From IMG/VR virus record IMGVR_UViG_3300029237_000366: a stretch of 64,000 bases of DNA; one strand, given 5' to 3'. Origin of the DNA: a virus. Positions 38,385 through 47,175 of this stretch are shown here, piece by piece; within the stretch, counting starts at the first letter, position 1, and every line of letters starts with the position of its first letter. Below the pieces are notes generated by a model, which saw only the letters and a list, made by a program, of their open reading frames with translations, did no database searches and had not been told where the DNA came from. The position numbers and the translations under genes are program-made.

Positions 38385-38680
38385 GTACCGGATGACGGCC
38401 CGGCTACTTGAGTTGGTGATTTCAAGGGAATTTGTTGGTATGGGGAAGCGCTTGTGGCTCAGTGGTTTATCGACCTTGCTATATCTCGTGCTCCTGCTGC
38501 TCGGCTTCTATCGGGGTGTATCACTTCGGCGATGAGTCCTGAGCCTTCGTTCCGCCTTCGTGGCGGGCGGCCTTTGTTTTCCCAACAAATTGTTACTTTG
38601 GCCTTTGGCGCAAAGCACATTCCTTTCGGGATGTTATTCATTGCAAATGATTTTGGTGTTCCTGTAATCTACATAGGATA
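38385..38680. ncRNA. Structured noncoding repeat element, copy R1
   Basis: Core hairpin CTTTG-GCCTTTGGCG-CAAAG at 38586-38605, second hairpin ACATTCC-TTTC-GGGATGT, flanking conserved blocks (GTGTTTTCC..CCAACAA.TTGTTAC; TTATTCATTGCA..AAATG), and an upstream GC hairpin CCGCC-TTCGT-GGCGG. Confidence 0.45.
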
Positions 38681-38689
38681 AGCGTGCCG

Positions 38690-38950
38690 GATGCGAGGCG
38701 CCTGGAGCGCATTGCAGGTGCGGTTAGTTCCTATTTTAATTCTCTACTGGTGTGGAACCCATTGTGCCGCAATGACCGCTGACTCTATTTTTCATGCCTG
38801 ATGACGAGCCCGACTGGGTCGCAGCCGCGTCGGCAGCCGGTCTTCAGGAAGAGGCGAGGGTGTTCCTTCCCAACAAGTTGTTACTTATGCCTTTGGCGAT
38901 AAGCATTGCTTTCGCAATTATCCATTACAGGAAATGGCGGTTTAACCTCA
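38690..38950. ncRNA. Structured noncoding repeat element, copy R2
   Basis: Core hairpin CTTAT-GCCTTTGGCG-ATAAG at 38874-38893 (compensatory relative to R1), second hairpin ATTGC-TTTC-GCAAT, a terminal GGCGG...CCGCC hairpin; homologous upstream arm. Confidence 0.45.
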
Positions 38951-38964
38951 ATCCGCCAAAGAGA

Positions 38965-40122
38965 TTATCTTAAATCGTCTTTGATAAGCCGCAGGACATC
39001 TGTCTCCATTTTTTCGTTGGTGTGCTTCACGATGGCATCGATAGTCTCCGGCTCTACCATACGATAGTAGCTATGTAAGCCCTGCATGGTTTGAACATCT
39101 TCTCTCGGCCACGAGACGCCCTTGCGTTTATCGGTAATGTAGTTGTAAAGCATGGACTGGAACTGGCGCTTCTTCTTATGGCCGACAGTAATTTCATTGT
39201 CCTTGTTGAGCATGACACCAAGATTCCAGTTACGACCTGCGGAAGAGCCGTATCTCGTTTTGCTTTCGTTGATGGTGAACGGTGCTCCAAATTCATGCAG
39301 CGTATCCACCACGAGTTTTTCTACACGATGCACATCGAAATCAACCTTAGACGAAATGATGAAGTCATCGGCATATCTGGTGTAAATGAACCGCTGCTTG
39401 TCAAAATCACGGAATGCATTGGCAAGCTTATAGTCAACAGGAATCATCATTACATTGGTAATCAGCGGGGAAAGCGGAGTTCCCTGCGGCAGACCTCCAT
39501 TGAGAAAAGCCAAATCCAAGGCCTTCCGCAACTCTGCCTCGCCGTTGGGAAACTTTACGATTTCGCTGAATGGGAACACCATAGAAAACATTTTGATAAC
39601 ATAATCCAGTGTAGTGCTACCAAAGAAATCGTGCAAATCCAGCTTGCCGAACCACTTGCTGTTGTTTTTCTGATGACGCTTGACCGCATCAACCGTACAT
39701 CTGTTTTTTACATAGGCGAATGCAGAAGTGTGATACAACGCATGGAAATCTTCCTCAAAAATAGTCTTGAGATTCCGCAATGCGTTCATCAGCTCCGGTT
39801 TAGGGGCATCAATACGACGCAAACCACCAGACTTTTTGGGGATGTGGAATGTTTCATACAAAGTACTGCGTTCTTGTGCGCGAAGCGCCTCCGTTTGCTC
39901 ATTAAAGCGCACCAGTTTGCGGATAAGAGCATCCGTATCAATGCGGCTTGTAAAATGCTCACTTACCGTTTCATATGCATAGGTTCGTGTGTTGGAAACA
40001 TTTGTGTTTAATATGGTTTGTGCTTGGAAGTTTTGAAAGAGGAACTCCTCCAGTGTCATTTGGTGATAAATCGGGGATTGCATGACCGTGATATATACCA
40101 TAGTTCTATGCCTCCTTTTCAT
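38965..40122 (-). CDS. Reverse transcriptase (retron/group-II-intron-like, free-standing, no endonuclease domain)
   Basis: RT motifs IPKKSGGLRRI (1), AFAYVKNRCTVDA (2), LDLHDFFGS (3), GLPQGTPLSPL (4, QG type), YTRYADDFIISS (5, YADD), and a thumb-like C-terminus (ITVGHKKKRQFQSMLY; GLHSYYRMV). Confidence 0.8.
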   Translation of the reverse strand: MKRRHRTMVYITVMQSPIYHQMTLEEFLFQNFQAQTILNTNVSNTRTYAYETVSEHFTSRIDTDALIRKLVRFNEQTEALRAQERSTLYETFHIPKKSGGLRRIDAPKPELMNALRNLKTIFEEDFHALYHTSAFAYVKNRCTVDAVKRHQKNNSKWFGKLDLHDFFGSTTLDYVIKMFSMVFPFSEIVKFPNGEAELRKALDLAFLNGGLPQGTPLSPLITNVMMIPVDYKLANAFRDFDKQRFIYTRYADDFIISSKVDFDVHRVEKLVVDTLHEFGAPFTINESKTRYGSSAGRNWNLGVMLNKDNEITVGHKKKRQFQSMLYNYITDKRKGVSWPREDVQTMQGLHSYYRMVEPETIDAIVKHTNEKMETDVLRLIKDDLR

Positions 40123-40199
40123 AGTCGTAACTGTAACCTACATAAGGTAATGCCGCGTTTGAATCAAAAGAAGGTACCTGCAGCGAGCTTTGGTGAGCT

Positions 40200-40480
40200 G
40201 CGTTGGTGGGTATTCTTTTGATAAAAGTGGTGAGTACTTGTCGAGATTGGGTTGATTTCGTGATGGTTTTCACTTGACAGTCTCGGTTTGTTGTGTTATT
40301 CCTTCTACCGGTTCCCTGGCGGATGTCTATCGGCTTCGAGTCTCCTGAGGAGTCTCCAGTCGTCGCTCTGGGCAGGCGGTGTTTTCCACCCCGACAATTT
40401 GTTACTTCAGCCTTTGGCGTGAAGCCCCCGAAAAGGGTAATTCGTTACAGTTAAATGGCGCATTTTAAGGCTGCGCCACA
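40200..40480. ncRNA. Structured noncoding repeat element, copy R3
   Basis: Core hairpin CTTCA-GCCTTTGGCG-TGAAG at 40405-40424 (a third compensatory variant), second hairpin CCC-GAAAA-GGG, a terminal GGCGC...GCGCC hairpin; the upstream arm is homologous to R1. Confidence 0.45.
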
Positions 40481-41274
40481 CCTAATAGCTCGAACAGTTC
40501 TGCATCTGTGCAGGTTTCGTTTTTCAATGCGTATGGTTTGATGTGGGCTACGCCGTTTTCATCAACCTCTACCACTGTTTCCGGTTTCAACCGGCACAAC
40601 GGCCTAAGCCCCGCACAGTCACGGGGATATTTCCTCTCACAATACCCAGACCTACTAAGAGTCAAAGCATAGCCTCTGAATTCATCCTGCTTGCCTGCCA
40701 ACCAGAAGTTCATGTAAGACTCCCAACTGAAATTACCAAACCGGCCTTTTTTATCAGCACAGTCTTCTGTTGCTTTGGGACGAATACCTTTCTTGGAAAA
40801 CAGCTTCAGCTTCAACTGGTCATCAAAGATATCGGTGATAGTAGGAAGTCGAATGAGGGAACTGAGCGTCTCACCGTCAACAACATACTGCTGCATCTGC
40901 AAGCTATCGAGTTCATAATCTTCAAAGAAGTATAGAAACCCATAATGGTTGCGATAGCTTTGTGCTCGGTTGCTGAAAACATTATTCGGAGGGGCATCTG
41001 CTTCATGAGTTTTGCGAAACCAATCGTCTCTGTCGCTGTTTAGGTATGTATGAATATTGGACAGACGATAGTCGGGATTGCCAAGATTGCGCCTGCCGTC
41101 TCCAGTTCTTTCCGGTGCATCAAAGCAAAGATAATCCACGGCACACTCGGTGATAAAATCGCAGTTTGGACTACCTTTCAGCCAAACAACGGGGTGCGGT
41201 TCATCATTGTTGACTCCGTAAGAACCAATGATGACCTGTGTGCCGACCTTAAGGCGTTCGACGGTAGTATCCAT
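40465..41274 (-). CDS. Hypothetical protein, DUF1566/Lcl-C-terminal-like; paralog of the 45474-46148 gene
   Basis: RLPTITD..., ...SRSGYCERK...CAGLRPLCRL C-terminal pattern. Confidence 0.35.
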   Translation of the reverse strand: MDTTVERLKVGTQVIIGSYGVNNDEPHPVVWLKGSPNCDFITECAVDYLCFDAPERTGDGRRNLGNPDYRLSNIHTYLNSDRDDWFRKTHEADAPPNNVFSNRAQSYRNHYGFLYFFEDYELDSLQMQQYVVDGETLSSLIRLPTITDIFDDQLKLKLFSKKGIRPKATEDCADKKGRFGNFSWESYMNFWLAGKQDEFRGYALTLSRSGYCERKYPRDCAGLRPLCRLKPETVVEVDENGVAHIKPYALKNETCTDAELFELLGVAQP

Positions 41275-41308
41275 AATGCACCGCCCTCCTTTCGTTTCTC
41301 ATCGCTGA

Positions 41309-41986
41309 TTAAAAAGCGTCCAACATAAAGTTGAACGCATCCAAGATAATCAGTTTTTTCAGTCCCTTGCCACGAATGAAGTTGACAAAGTTGGCGACGC
41401 CGAGTGCGCAGATAGCCCTGACGGTTGGCGCAACGCCCAGTGTAACACCGCAAGCGGAGACAGGTGTTTCCTCAGACGCCTCTTCATGACTGAAGTTCAT
41501 GGAGTTCAGCAAGTCTTTCTTCATCTTGTAGTCAGACCAGTCGGCAGCATAATGCTGTGCAGATTCCAATAGAGTGCGGAAGTCCAGCATTGCTTTGACA
41601 TAGGGATTGTCGAAGTGCTTTTCAACAATCTGGCGACGAAGTTCGATATTGTCTACGCAAAGGAAGACATACCCGGAAAGCTGCTGCCCACTCCACCCCT
41701 TGCCATAAAGCTTGAGGTCGTCCTTAATTTCGGGATTGATTTCAAACAGGATATCTGCCAGAGCCTCCACTTTGGGGCGGCCAATATCCTGCTGGCGGAA
41801 AATCTGGTTTGCCAGATTATGCGGATTCACAACATCCATATCCCACAGAGCGAGATTGGTGATGCCAAGACGGACGAGGTTCTCTGCCAGCGTTGCACCA
41901 ACAGAACCACATCCAACAATGTTAATGCGAGCCTCAACCTTTTCAGGCTGGAAATACTCGTAGCTTTTGGACAAATCCATTGCCAT
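41309..41986 (-). CDS. E1-like adenylyltransferase (ThiF/MoeB/HesA family)
   Basis: The Rossmann nucleotide-binding loop IVGCGSVGATLAENLVRLGITNLALWDMDVVNPHNLANQ is typical of the E1/ThiF family. Confidence 0.75.
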   Translation of the reverse strand: MAMDLSKSYEYFQPEKVEARINIVGCGSVGATLAENLVRLGITNLALWDMDVVNPHNLANQIFRQQDIGRPKVEALADILFEINPEIKDDLKLYGKGWSGQQLSGYVFLCVDNIELRRQIVEKHFDNPYVKAMLDFRTLLESAQHYAADWSDYKMKKDLLNSMNFSHEEASEETPVSACGVTLGVAPTVRAICALGVANFVNFIRGKGLKKLIILDAFNFMLDAF

Positions 41987-41988
41987 TG

Positions 41989-42957
41989 TTACTCACCTCC
42001 AAGATACTGGTCGCTGTAGCCGCCATAGGGATATACGGAACCATCATCGTCTTCATCCCACATGGACTGCTGACAGCTATTCTTCCCCTGCCAACCTGCA
42101 CCGATTCTTGTGCGCGGCTTCTCGGCCTTTTCGGATTTTTGCTCTGATTTCTTATCAGACTTCTTGCCGTCTTTGTCATCCTTCTCATCTTTTTTGCTGC
42201 CCGGAAGAGGATTATAAGGGGCTCCGGAATAAGGTGGACGATTGCCGCTATATCCGCTATATCCACCATAGTTTCCGTAGGTATAGCTTTTCTGCTTTAC
42301 CATATCCTTGGCGGTCTTGAGGAACTCAGCCAGCCCCTCATGTTCACCCTCAAGTTTGACGGTGATGTCCTTATCTTCAAACAGGACATTCTTCTTGAGG
42401 TCATAGATTTTATTTGTACTGACAAATGACTTGTTCCAAATCATGAAGATGTAGAAGTCGTCGTCCCCCAGCATATTGAGGATTTCCTCCTGATGATTGA
42501 GGTCTACGGAAGATGGGCTGGTCGCCATATTGACATGGGAATGTCCCTGCATATGAATGTTGTTGAAACGCTCATCGTCTGCATTCTGCATCAACCACTC
42601 AGCGTACTTCTCAGTATCCATCTCAACCGTGGTTCCGGAGACCTCCTGCGGATAAACCACGATGTCTTCGATGATGTACTCATCTACGGCTTCGTCAGCT
42701 GCACGATGTGCAACGCCATGCCAAGCGACCTCCTTATCAAACTCTTTGACGAGGAGTGCCATCTTCGCCCATGCTCCGGCAGTAAAGACGACAGTTGCTT
42801 TTCTGTCGCCACAGGTGAACACCTTTGTGAAAGACAGTTTCCCATCTGCAAGCTTTGTAAGCTGCAAAGCCTTTTCAAAATCTGCACGGCACTCAGCCAT
42901 GTACTGTTCGGTCATCTTAATGGGTTTACTCATTTTGCGCCTCCTCCGCTTACTCAT
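41989..42957 (-). CDS. JAB/MPN (JAMM) metalloprotease-domain protein with a disordered Lys/Tyr-rich C-terminal tail
   Basis: HSHVNMATSPSSVD fits the JAMM motif HxHx7Sx2D. The C-terminus is low-complexity (YSGYSGNRPPYSG...KKDEKDDKDGKKSDKK); 4-bp overlap with the E1-like gene. Confidence 0.7.
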   Translation of the reverse strand: MSKRRRRKMSKPIKMTEQYMAECRADFEKALQLTKLADGKLSFTKVFTCGDRKATVVFTAGAWAKMALLVKEFDKEVAWHGVAHRAADEAVDEYIIEDIVVYPQEVSGTTVEMDTEKYAEWLMQNADDERFNNIHMQGHSHVNMATSPSSVDLNHQEEILNMLGDDDFYIFMIWNKSFVSTNKIYDLKKNVLFEDKDITVKLEGEHEGLAEFLKTAKDMVKQKSYTYGNYGGYSGYSGNRPPYSGAPYNPLPGSKKDEKDDKDGKKSDKKSEQKSEKAEKPRTRIGAGWQGKNSCQQSMWDEDDDGSVYPYGGYSDQYLGGE

Positions 42958-44413
42958 TTGCCTGCGTTTCCTGCTGCTCCAACCAGCTGATGGCTTCGTT
43001 GGGTTTTACGATACGGCCATCGGGCAGTTCAATGCAGCGATTGTTGCTACCGTTGCCCCACATAGACCGCATAAACGAAGTCATGACAGCAGAGTCTCCC
43101 CAGTTAAGGCTCTTGCAGGAAGCAACGCACTGCTCCAAAGCGCCAATATAGTCGTGGTTCCTAAGCAGCCGATTGATAGTGGTGGTATAATTACCCATGC
43201 AGTTGTAATCATTGATATGGGGATTGGGGAGGTAGTCACCATACTCCGCGCCAAAATCCCGATGCCCATTGGGAGCAACGCTACCATTAAGGTCAAAACG
43301 GTAGGAAGCACAGACACGAATTCTCAGGCGCGGCTCTTCACTGACAAAGATTTCAGTCATCAGCTTCTTCATTTTCTCAGCAGCTGCGCCTGTATGACCG
43401 GAGCCTCCGTCGGGGCGGTACACGAAACTCGTAGCGTGGTTAATGATTTGTTCTGCCATATCCCGGTCAAAATATTCCAGACAATCCTTGACCGTGAAGT
43501 ACATATCGGTATTGGTCACACGCTCCAGAACCAGCTTGGTATTACACAGGAAGTACTCCATGATTTCAGAGTCCTCACCGCCATCGGCAACTTTCTGCTC
43601 AAGTCCCAGCAAGCGAATACACTGTTCATTACGCTTTGTGAACTGCTCACCGATATTGTCATTTAGACGGGTGATTTCTCTATCGATATTTTGAATTACC
43701 TGCCTGACACGGTCACACTCAACTTGCTCATAGCGAGTTTCAAAACCCTTCAGCAGCTGACGGATTCTTGCTGTGCGGAAATCGTACCGTTCTGCAAGCT
43801 TGGCAAGACAGCGTTCATAGTCTTCTGAGCTCTTTTCGCGGAGGGATTTGACCAATGCAAGCTCATCTTCGGTGATACCCTCCTGCTGATTCAGATACCA
43901 CGGCAGGAATGCGAGGATAGATACCTGCAAGTAGTGCATTTTGCGAATGTCAAGATTGTCCGCAAAGATGATAACACTCTTAAGCTCAGGATTGATGTAG
44001 CAATCCACGGCAAAGGATTTGCGGTAAAACTCGGCGAACTTTTCAAGCCGGTGATACCCTGCAAACACGGAAACGAACTTGTCAACAATAATTTTCATGT
44101 TGGCAAGATTGCTATCCGAGTCTGCCCGCAAACTATGAATAATAACCTGACCGGTTGCGCTCATATCATAGTTGTTGCAGATAGCCGAAACGGCTCTGTC
44201 CGCCGGAACACTACGAATCGTGTCTGCCGTATAATCGGAAGAACCGAACACCAAATTGACGGACTCTCCCTCTTTGATTCGAGGTGCAACTAAGGCACGA
44301 AGCGTCGCAAGGAAAGAGCAGTCGTTTCCGAAAGCACCGCCGGTGATATTGGTGAAGTAGCTATTGGCAGCTTCCGTAGTAAACGGCGTTGACGAAATGC
44401 TTGTTTTGAACAT
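42950..44413 (-). CDS. Hypothetical large protein (about 488 aa) upstream of the JAB gene
   Basis: Start moved to the internal Met (MFKTSISS, AGAGGTG RBS) to avoid overlapping tRNA-Leu; no recognisable domain. Confidence 0.4.
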   Translation of the reverse strand: MFKTSISSTPFTTEAANSYFTNITGGAFGNDCSFLATLRALVAPRIKEGESVNLVFGSSDYTADTIRSVPADRAVSAICNNYDMSATGQVIIHSLRADSDSNLANMKIIVDKFVSVFAGYHRLEKFAEFYRKSFAVDCYINPELKSVIIFADNLDIRKMHYLQVSILAFLPWYLNQQEGITEDELALVKSLREKSSEDYERCLAKLAERYDFRTARIRQLLKGFETRYEQVECDRVRQVIQNIDREITRLNDNIGEQFTKRNEQCIRLLGLEQKVADGGEDSEIMEYFLCNTKLVLERVTNTDMYFTVKDCLEYFDRDMAEQIINHATSFVYRPDGGSGHTGAAAEKMKKLMTEIFVSEEPRLRIRVCASYRFDLNGSVAPNGHRDFGAEYGDYLPNPHINDYNCMGNYTTTINRLLRNHDYIGALEQCVASCKSLNWGDSAVMTSFMRSMWGNGSNNRCIELPDGRIVKPNEAISWLEQQETQANE

Positions 44414-44440
44414 AGGAACACCTCTATTCATTTTGTTATA

Positions 44441-44525
44441 TGGTGGGGAATATCGGAGTCGAACCGATATGGTATGCACCAGCGGATTTTAAGTCCGCAG
44501 CGTCTGCCTGTTCCGCCAATTCCCC
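44441..44525 (-). tRNA. tRNA-Leu(TAA)
   Basis: 85 nt: GGGGAAT acceptor, anticodon loop CTTAAAA, long variable arm, ATCGG-TTCGACT-CCGAT T-arm, CCA encoded. Confidence 0.85.
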
Positions 44526-44575
44526 ATAGAAAGAGCCGCCCGAATGGGCGGCTCAATTGGTCTATTGCTTGTGAA

Positions 44576-44803
44576 TCAGGCGTTATCGGCCTTGACCACA
44601 TTCAGCAGGAAGCACTTCTCGGTGATACCGAACTGAGCGAAGGTCTTGTCGAGGTCGCCGGGGTTCAGGGAAGACCCGTCGAGGTGCATGACGCCACGGG
44701 TATAGTCAACACCGTTCGCCTCCAGACAGGCACGCAGGGTGGTGGACTCGTCGATGATAACGGACTCGCGCTTGACATTGTTGCCAACAGTAACCTTAAT
44801 CAT
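44576..44803 (-). CDS. Small hypothetical protein with beta-grasp-like alternation of strands
   Basis: 75 aa (MIKVTVGNNVKRESVIID...GITEKCFLLNV); no C-terminal GG. Confidence 0.3.
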   Translation of the reverse strand: MIKVTVGNNVKRESVIIDESTTLRACLEANGVDYTRGVMHLDGSSLNPGDLDKTFAQFGITEKCFLLNVVKADNA

Positions 44804-44882
44804 AATGTTTCTCCTTTAATTCAAAATTTGTTTTGTTGTGAACGGAAGGGGGCGGCATAAGCCGCCCCTTTGCGACCAGTGA

Positions 44883-45281
44883 TTACTGAGCGACCGTGAT
44901 GTTGCTCAGCACATTTGCCTTCTCAGCCGCAATCTCATCGAGAACGGCAGGCAGCTTCTCCTCAAGCTTGTTGAGGCTGATGATGGCGGCGCCCAGACGG
45001 TCAGCGACCCAGTCCTTAACATCGCCGGTCACACCGTCGAGGAACAGGGTGATGCACGCCAGCTTCTCATCGTCGCGGGTCTCAGCGCCGAAAGAAGCGC
45101 CGAAAGCGTTGATGTTACCGGCACCATTGGTGGTACCCACAGCGAAGATAGGCTCCTTGCCGTCCTCGCCACCCTTGAGAACCAGCTCCTTGGGACGATA
45201 CTTCTCAATGGTCTTGATGTCCTCCAGCTTTATTGCGGAAGTTACGACAGCTGCGTCGCCTGCGATAGTGATTTTTGCCAT
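44883..45281 (-). CDS. Hypothetical protein
   Basis: 132-aa ORF with a clean context. Confidence 0.4.
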   Translation of the reverse strand: MAKITIAGDAAVVTSAIKLEDIKTIEKYRPKELVLKGGEDGKEPIFAVGTTNGAGNINAFGASFGAETRDDEKLACITLFLDGVTGDVKDWVADRLGAAIISLNKLEEKLPAVLDEIAAEKANVLSNITVAQ

Positions 45282-45473
45282 GATGTATGTACTCCTTCAA
45301 TACTGATGTACTCCTATTTGTTCACCTTTCGGTTATCCGCCCACACCACGAGGAGGTTGGAGCCGTTGTGGGTATGAAACGCGCCCGGTCTCCTTCGCGG
45401 AGCGCCGGGCGCTTGTAAAAAGCTATTTGATTTTACTGGTTCGGGCAAAAGCTGATGGCTACGCCATGCAGCT

Positions 45474-46148
45474 TTAAGTGCAGAAGCCGAAAGCGACGCC
45501 ATGACTGCTGTCGGCGTAGTAATTGTTGGCGGTGCCGGTGCTGTAGACATCACAGAAACGATCGCTGTTGCCAGAACGAGGAGAACGCAACATGGTGTAA
45601 TCAGGATTACCGTTGCGGAGCTTAAACCATGCGACATCTTCCTGACGATACCACTCGTACCAATGCCCCTCACCGGGAGCGGAGTAAATATTGCGTCCAT
45701 ACAATTCCTTCTCAGACTTTATCCAGAAAGAGTCCAGCGTCTCGATAATACGATTCTCGCCAGTGTACACATCAGCTGTCTGCTTAATGACTGGTGTGAC
45801 AACATCCAAAATCTCGTCGGGAATCAGACGATGAATGTCGCCGTCCGCATCGTTGAGCCGATGGCGAATCTGCGTTGCTTCCCACGACCCTTCATTGGTG
45901 TCGCGCCTGTTCCAGGGGTAAGTGTTAGGCAGACAATCCACCATCTCCCAAGAGATAGGAGCCAAAGAACCGTCGCTCGTCTTGTCGTGATTGAAGCCGA
46001 TGATGCGAAACTGAACCTGCGCACCGTTCTTCAGCACAACATTGCGGTAATCTCCGAGCTGCAAGAAATCAGCCGCATATTTTCCAAGCCCCTTTAAGGA
46101 ACGCCATGGCATATTATCCAAACAGTTTGGCATTTCACAGACCTCCAA
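45474..46148 (-). CDS. Hypothetical protein, DUF1566/Lcl-C-terminal-like
   Basis: C-terminal MLRSPRSGNSDRFCDVYS...GVAFGFCT pattern; paralogous to 40465-41274 and to the fragment at 62614-62832. Confidence 0.4.
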   Translation of the reverse strand: MEVCEMPNCLDNMPWRSLKGLGKYAADFLQLGDYRNVVLKNGAQVQFRIIGFNHDKTSDGSLAPISWEMVDCLPNTYPWNRRDTNEGSWEATQIRHRLNDADGDIHRLIPDEILDVVTPVIKQTADVYTGENRIIETLDSFWIKSEKELYGRNIYSAPGEGHWYEWYRQEDVAWFKLRNGNPDYTMLRSPRSGNSDRFCDVYSTGTANNYYADSSHGVAFGFCT

Positions 46149-46158
46149 TCAAAAAATG

Positions 46159-46249
46159 TGGCGGGGAGTGTAGGATTTGAACCCACGGACGGCTCATCAC
46201 CGTCAACGGTTTTCAAGACCGCCGCCATAAGCCACTCGGCCAACTCCCC
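46159..46249 (-). tRNA. tRNA-Ser(TGA)
   Basis: 91 nt: GGGGAGT acceptor, anticodon loop CTTGAAA, long variable arm, GTGGG-TTCAAAT-CCTAC T-arm, discriminator G, CCA. Confidence 0.85.
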
Positions 46250-46265
46250 ATAAAAGAAGGGCGGG

Positions 46266-46949
46266 TCATCTCAGACCGCCGCCCTTAATATCATCCCAAA
46301 AGCCTCCACTAAACTCTTCATCATCCACTGGATAACCAGCATCATCCTCATACGGAAACTCCGTATAGACCTCGCAGCCAGTTTCTTCATCCGTGATAAT
46401 CATGGGGCGGTAAATTGGCAGGCACTGCTCCTGAGCGAGGTACTCCAAGAAGTGGTCTAAGACCTCGTTTACAAACATTTCTCCGTATGTATCCATGATT
46501 TCAGGGCTGTTGTCTATCGACTCCTGCAAGACAACGGACAGGAAATCACACAGAGCGAGAGAAAGCTCGTCCTCGCGCTCATACTGAGCATCCTCCATAT
46601 CCTGCCGAGTCAAATCTTCTGGCTCTTCCTCCGGCAATTCCGGCGGGCATTTCTTCCCATCAACAATCATGACAGGGAAAAGATATTGTGCATACAGGCG
46701 TTTCGCCGCTTCATTACAACCTGTCTCGGTCAGAACACACTCCTCATACTCCGGTTTTGCATCGCCCTTACACACGGAAAACAAAGGAAGTGCATTATCC
46801 TCGGTAAGATATACCGCATACTCTGTGTCCTTGTTCTCTGCGATGACGACCATTTCCTTTGACAGGCGGTCTTTATGACTTTGGAAAAAAGCCCACACTG
46901 TATTTGCGGCTACATAAATATGAACCCCCATGATAGATGACCTCCTCAC
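46266..46949 (-). CDS. Acidic hypothetical protein
   Basis: 227-aa ORF rich in D/E. Confidence 0.35.
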   Translation of the reverse strand: MRRSSIMGVHIYVAANTVWAFFQSHKDRLSKEMVVIAENKDTEYAVYLTEDNALPLFSVCKGDAKPEYEECVLTETGCNEAAKRLYAQYLFPVMIVDGKKCPPELPEEEPEDLTRQDMEDAQYEREDELSLALCDFLSVVLQESIDNSPEIMDTYGEMFVNEVLDHFLEYLAQEQCLPIYRPMIITDEETGCEVYTEFPYEDDAGYPVDDEEFSGGFWDDIKGGGLR

Positions 46950-46959
46950 GAAATAGAAT

Positions 46960-47035
46960 TGGTGCCCCCGATGGGGCTTGAACCCATGACACCCGCCTTA
47001 AAAGGGCGGTGCTCTACCGACTGAGCTACGGAAGC
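46960..47035 (-). tRNA. tRNA-Lys(TTT)
   Basis: 76 nt: GCTTCCG acceptor, anticodon loop CTTTTAA, ATGGG-TTCAAGC-CCCAT T-arm, CCA. Confidence 0.85.
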
Positions 47036-47175
47036 ATAAACCGGCTGTTACGGAGCGCCCTAAATGGTGGACACGCTTGGATTCCACAGCAGCTTTGCCG
47101 TTTGAAAGGAAAACGATGAACGACGGACGAAAAGGAGGGAGCTACTGAAAGGACACAACACCGTGGCAAAGCTAA

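Noticed and set aside
38329-40464. A group II intron around the reverse transcriptase ORF
   Set aside because: No domain V-like hairpin or GUGYG 5' end was found. The upstream flank (341 nt) is too short for domains I-III, and the ORF is small with no endonuclease domain. A free-standing group-II-like or retron-type reverse transcriptase is the more plausible reading
38385-40480. A diversity-generating retroelement (reverse transcriptase with template and variable repeats)
   Set aside because: The reverse transcriptase motif 4 is the group II/retron type (LPQGTPLSP) rather than the DGR IGxxxSQ. The repeats are not at the 3' end of a target gene, and the differences between copies are compensatory stem changes rather than adenine-specific substitutions
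44576-44803. A ubiquitin-like (ThiS/MoaD) protein partnering the E1 and JAB pair
   Set aside because: The periodicity is beta-grasp-like, but there is no C-terminal Gly-Gly (or any GG) and no clear conserved core, so it is kept as a low-confidence hypothetical
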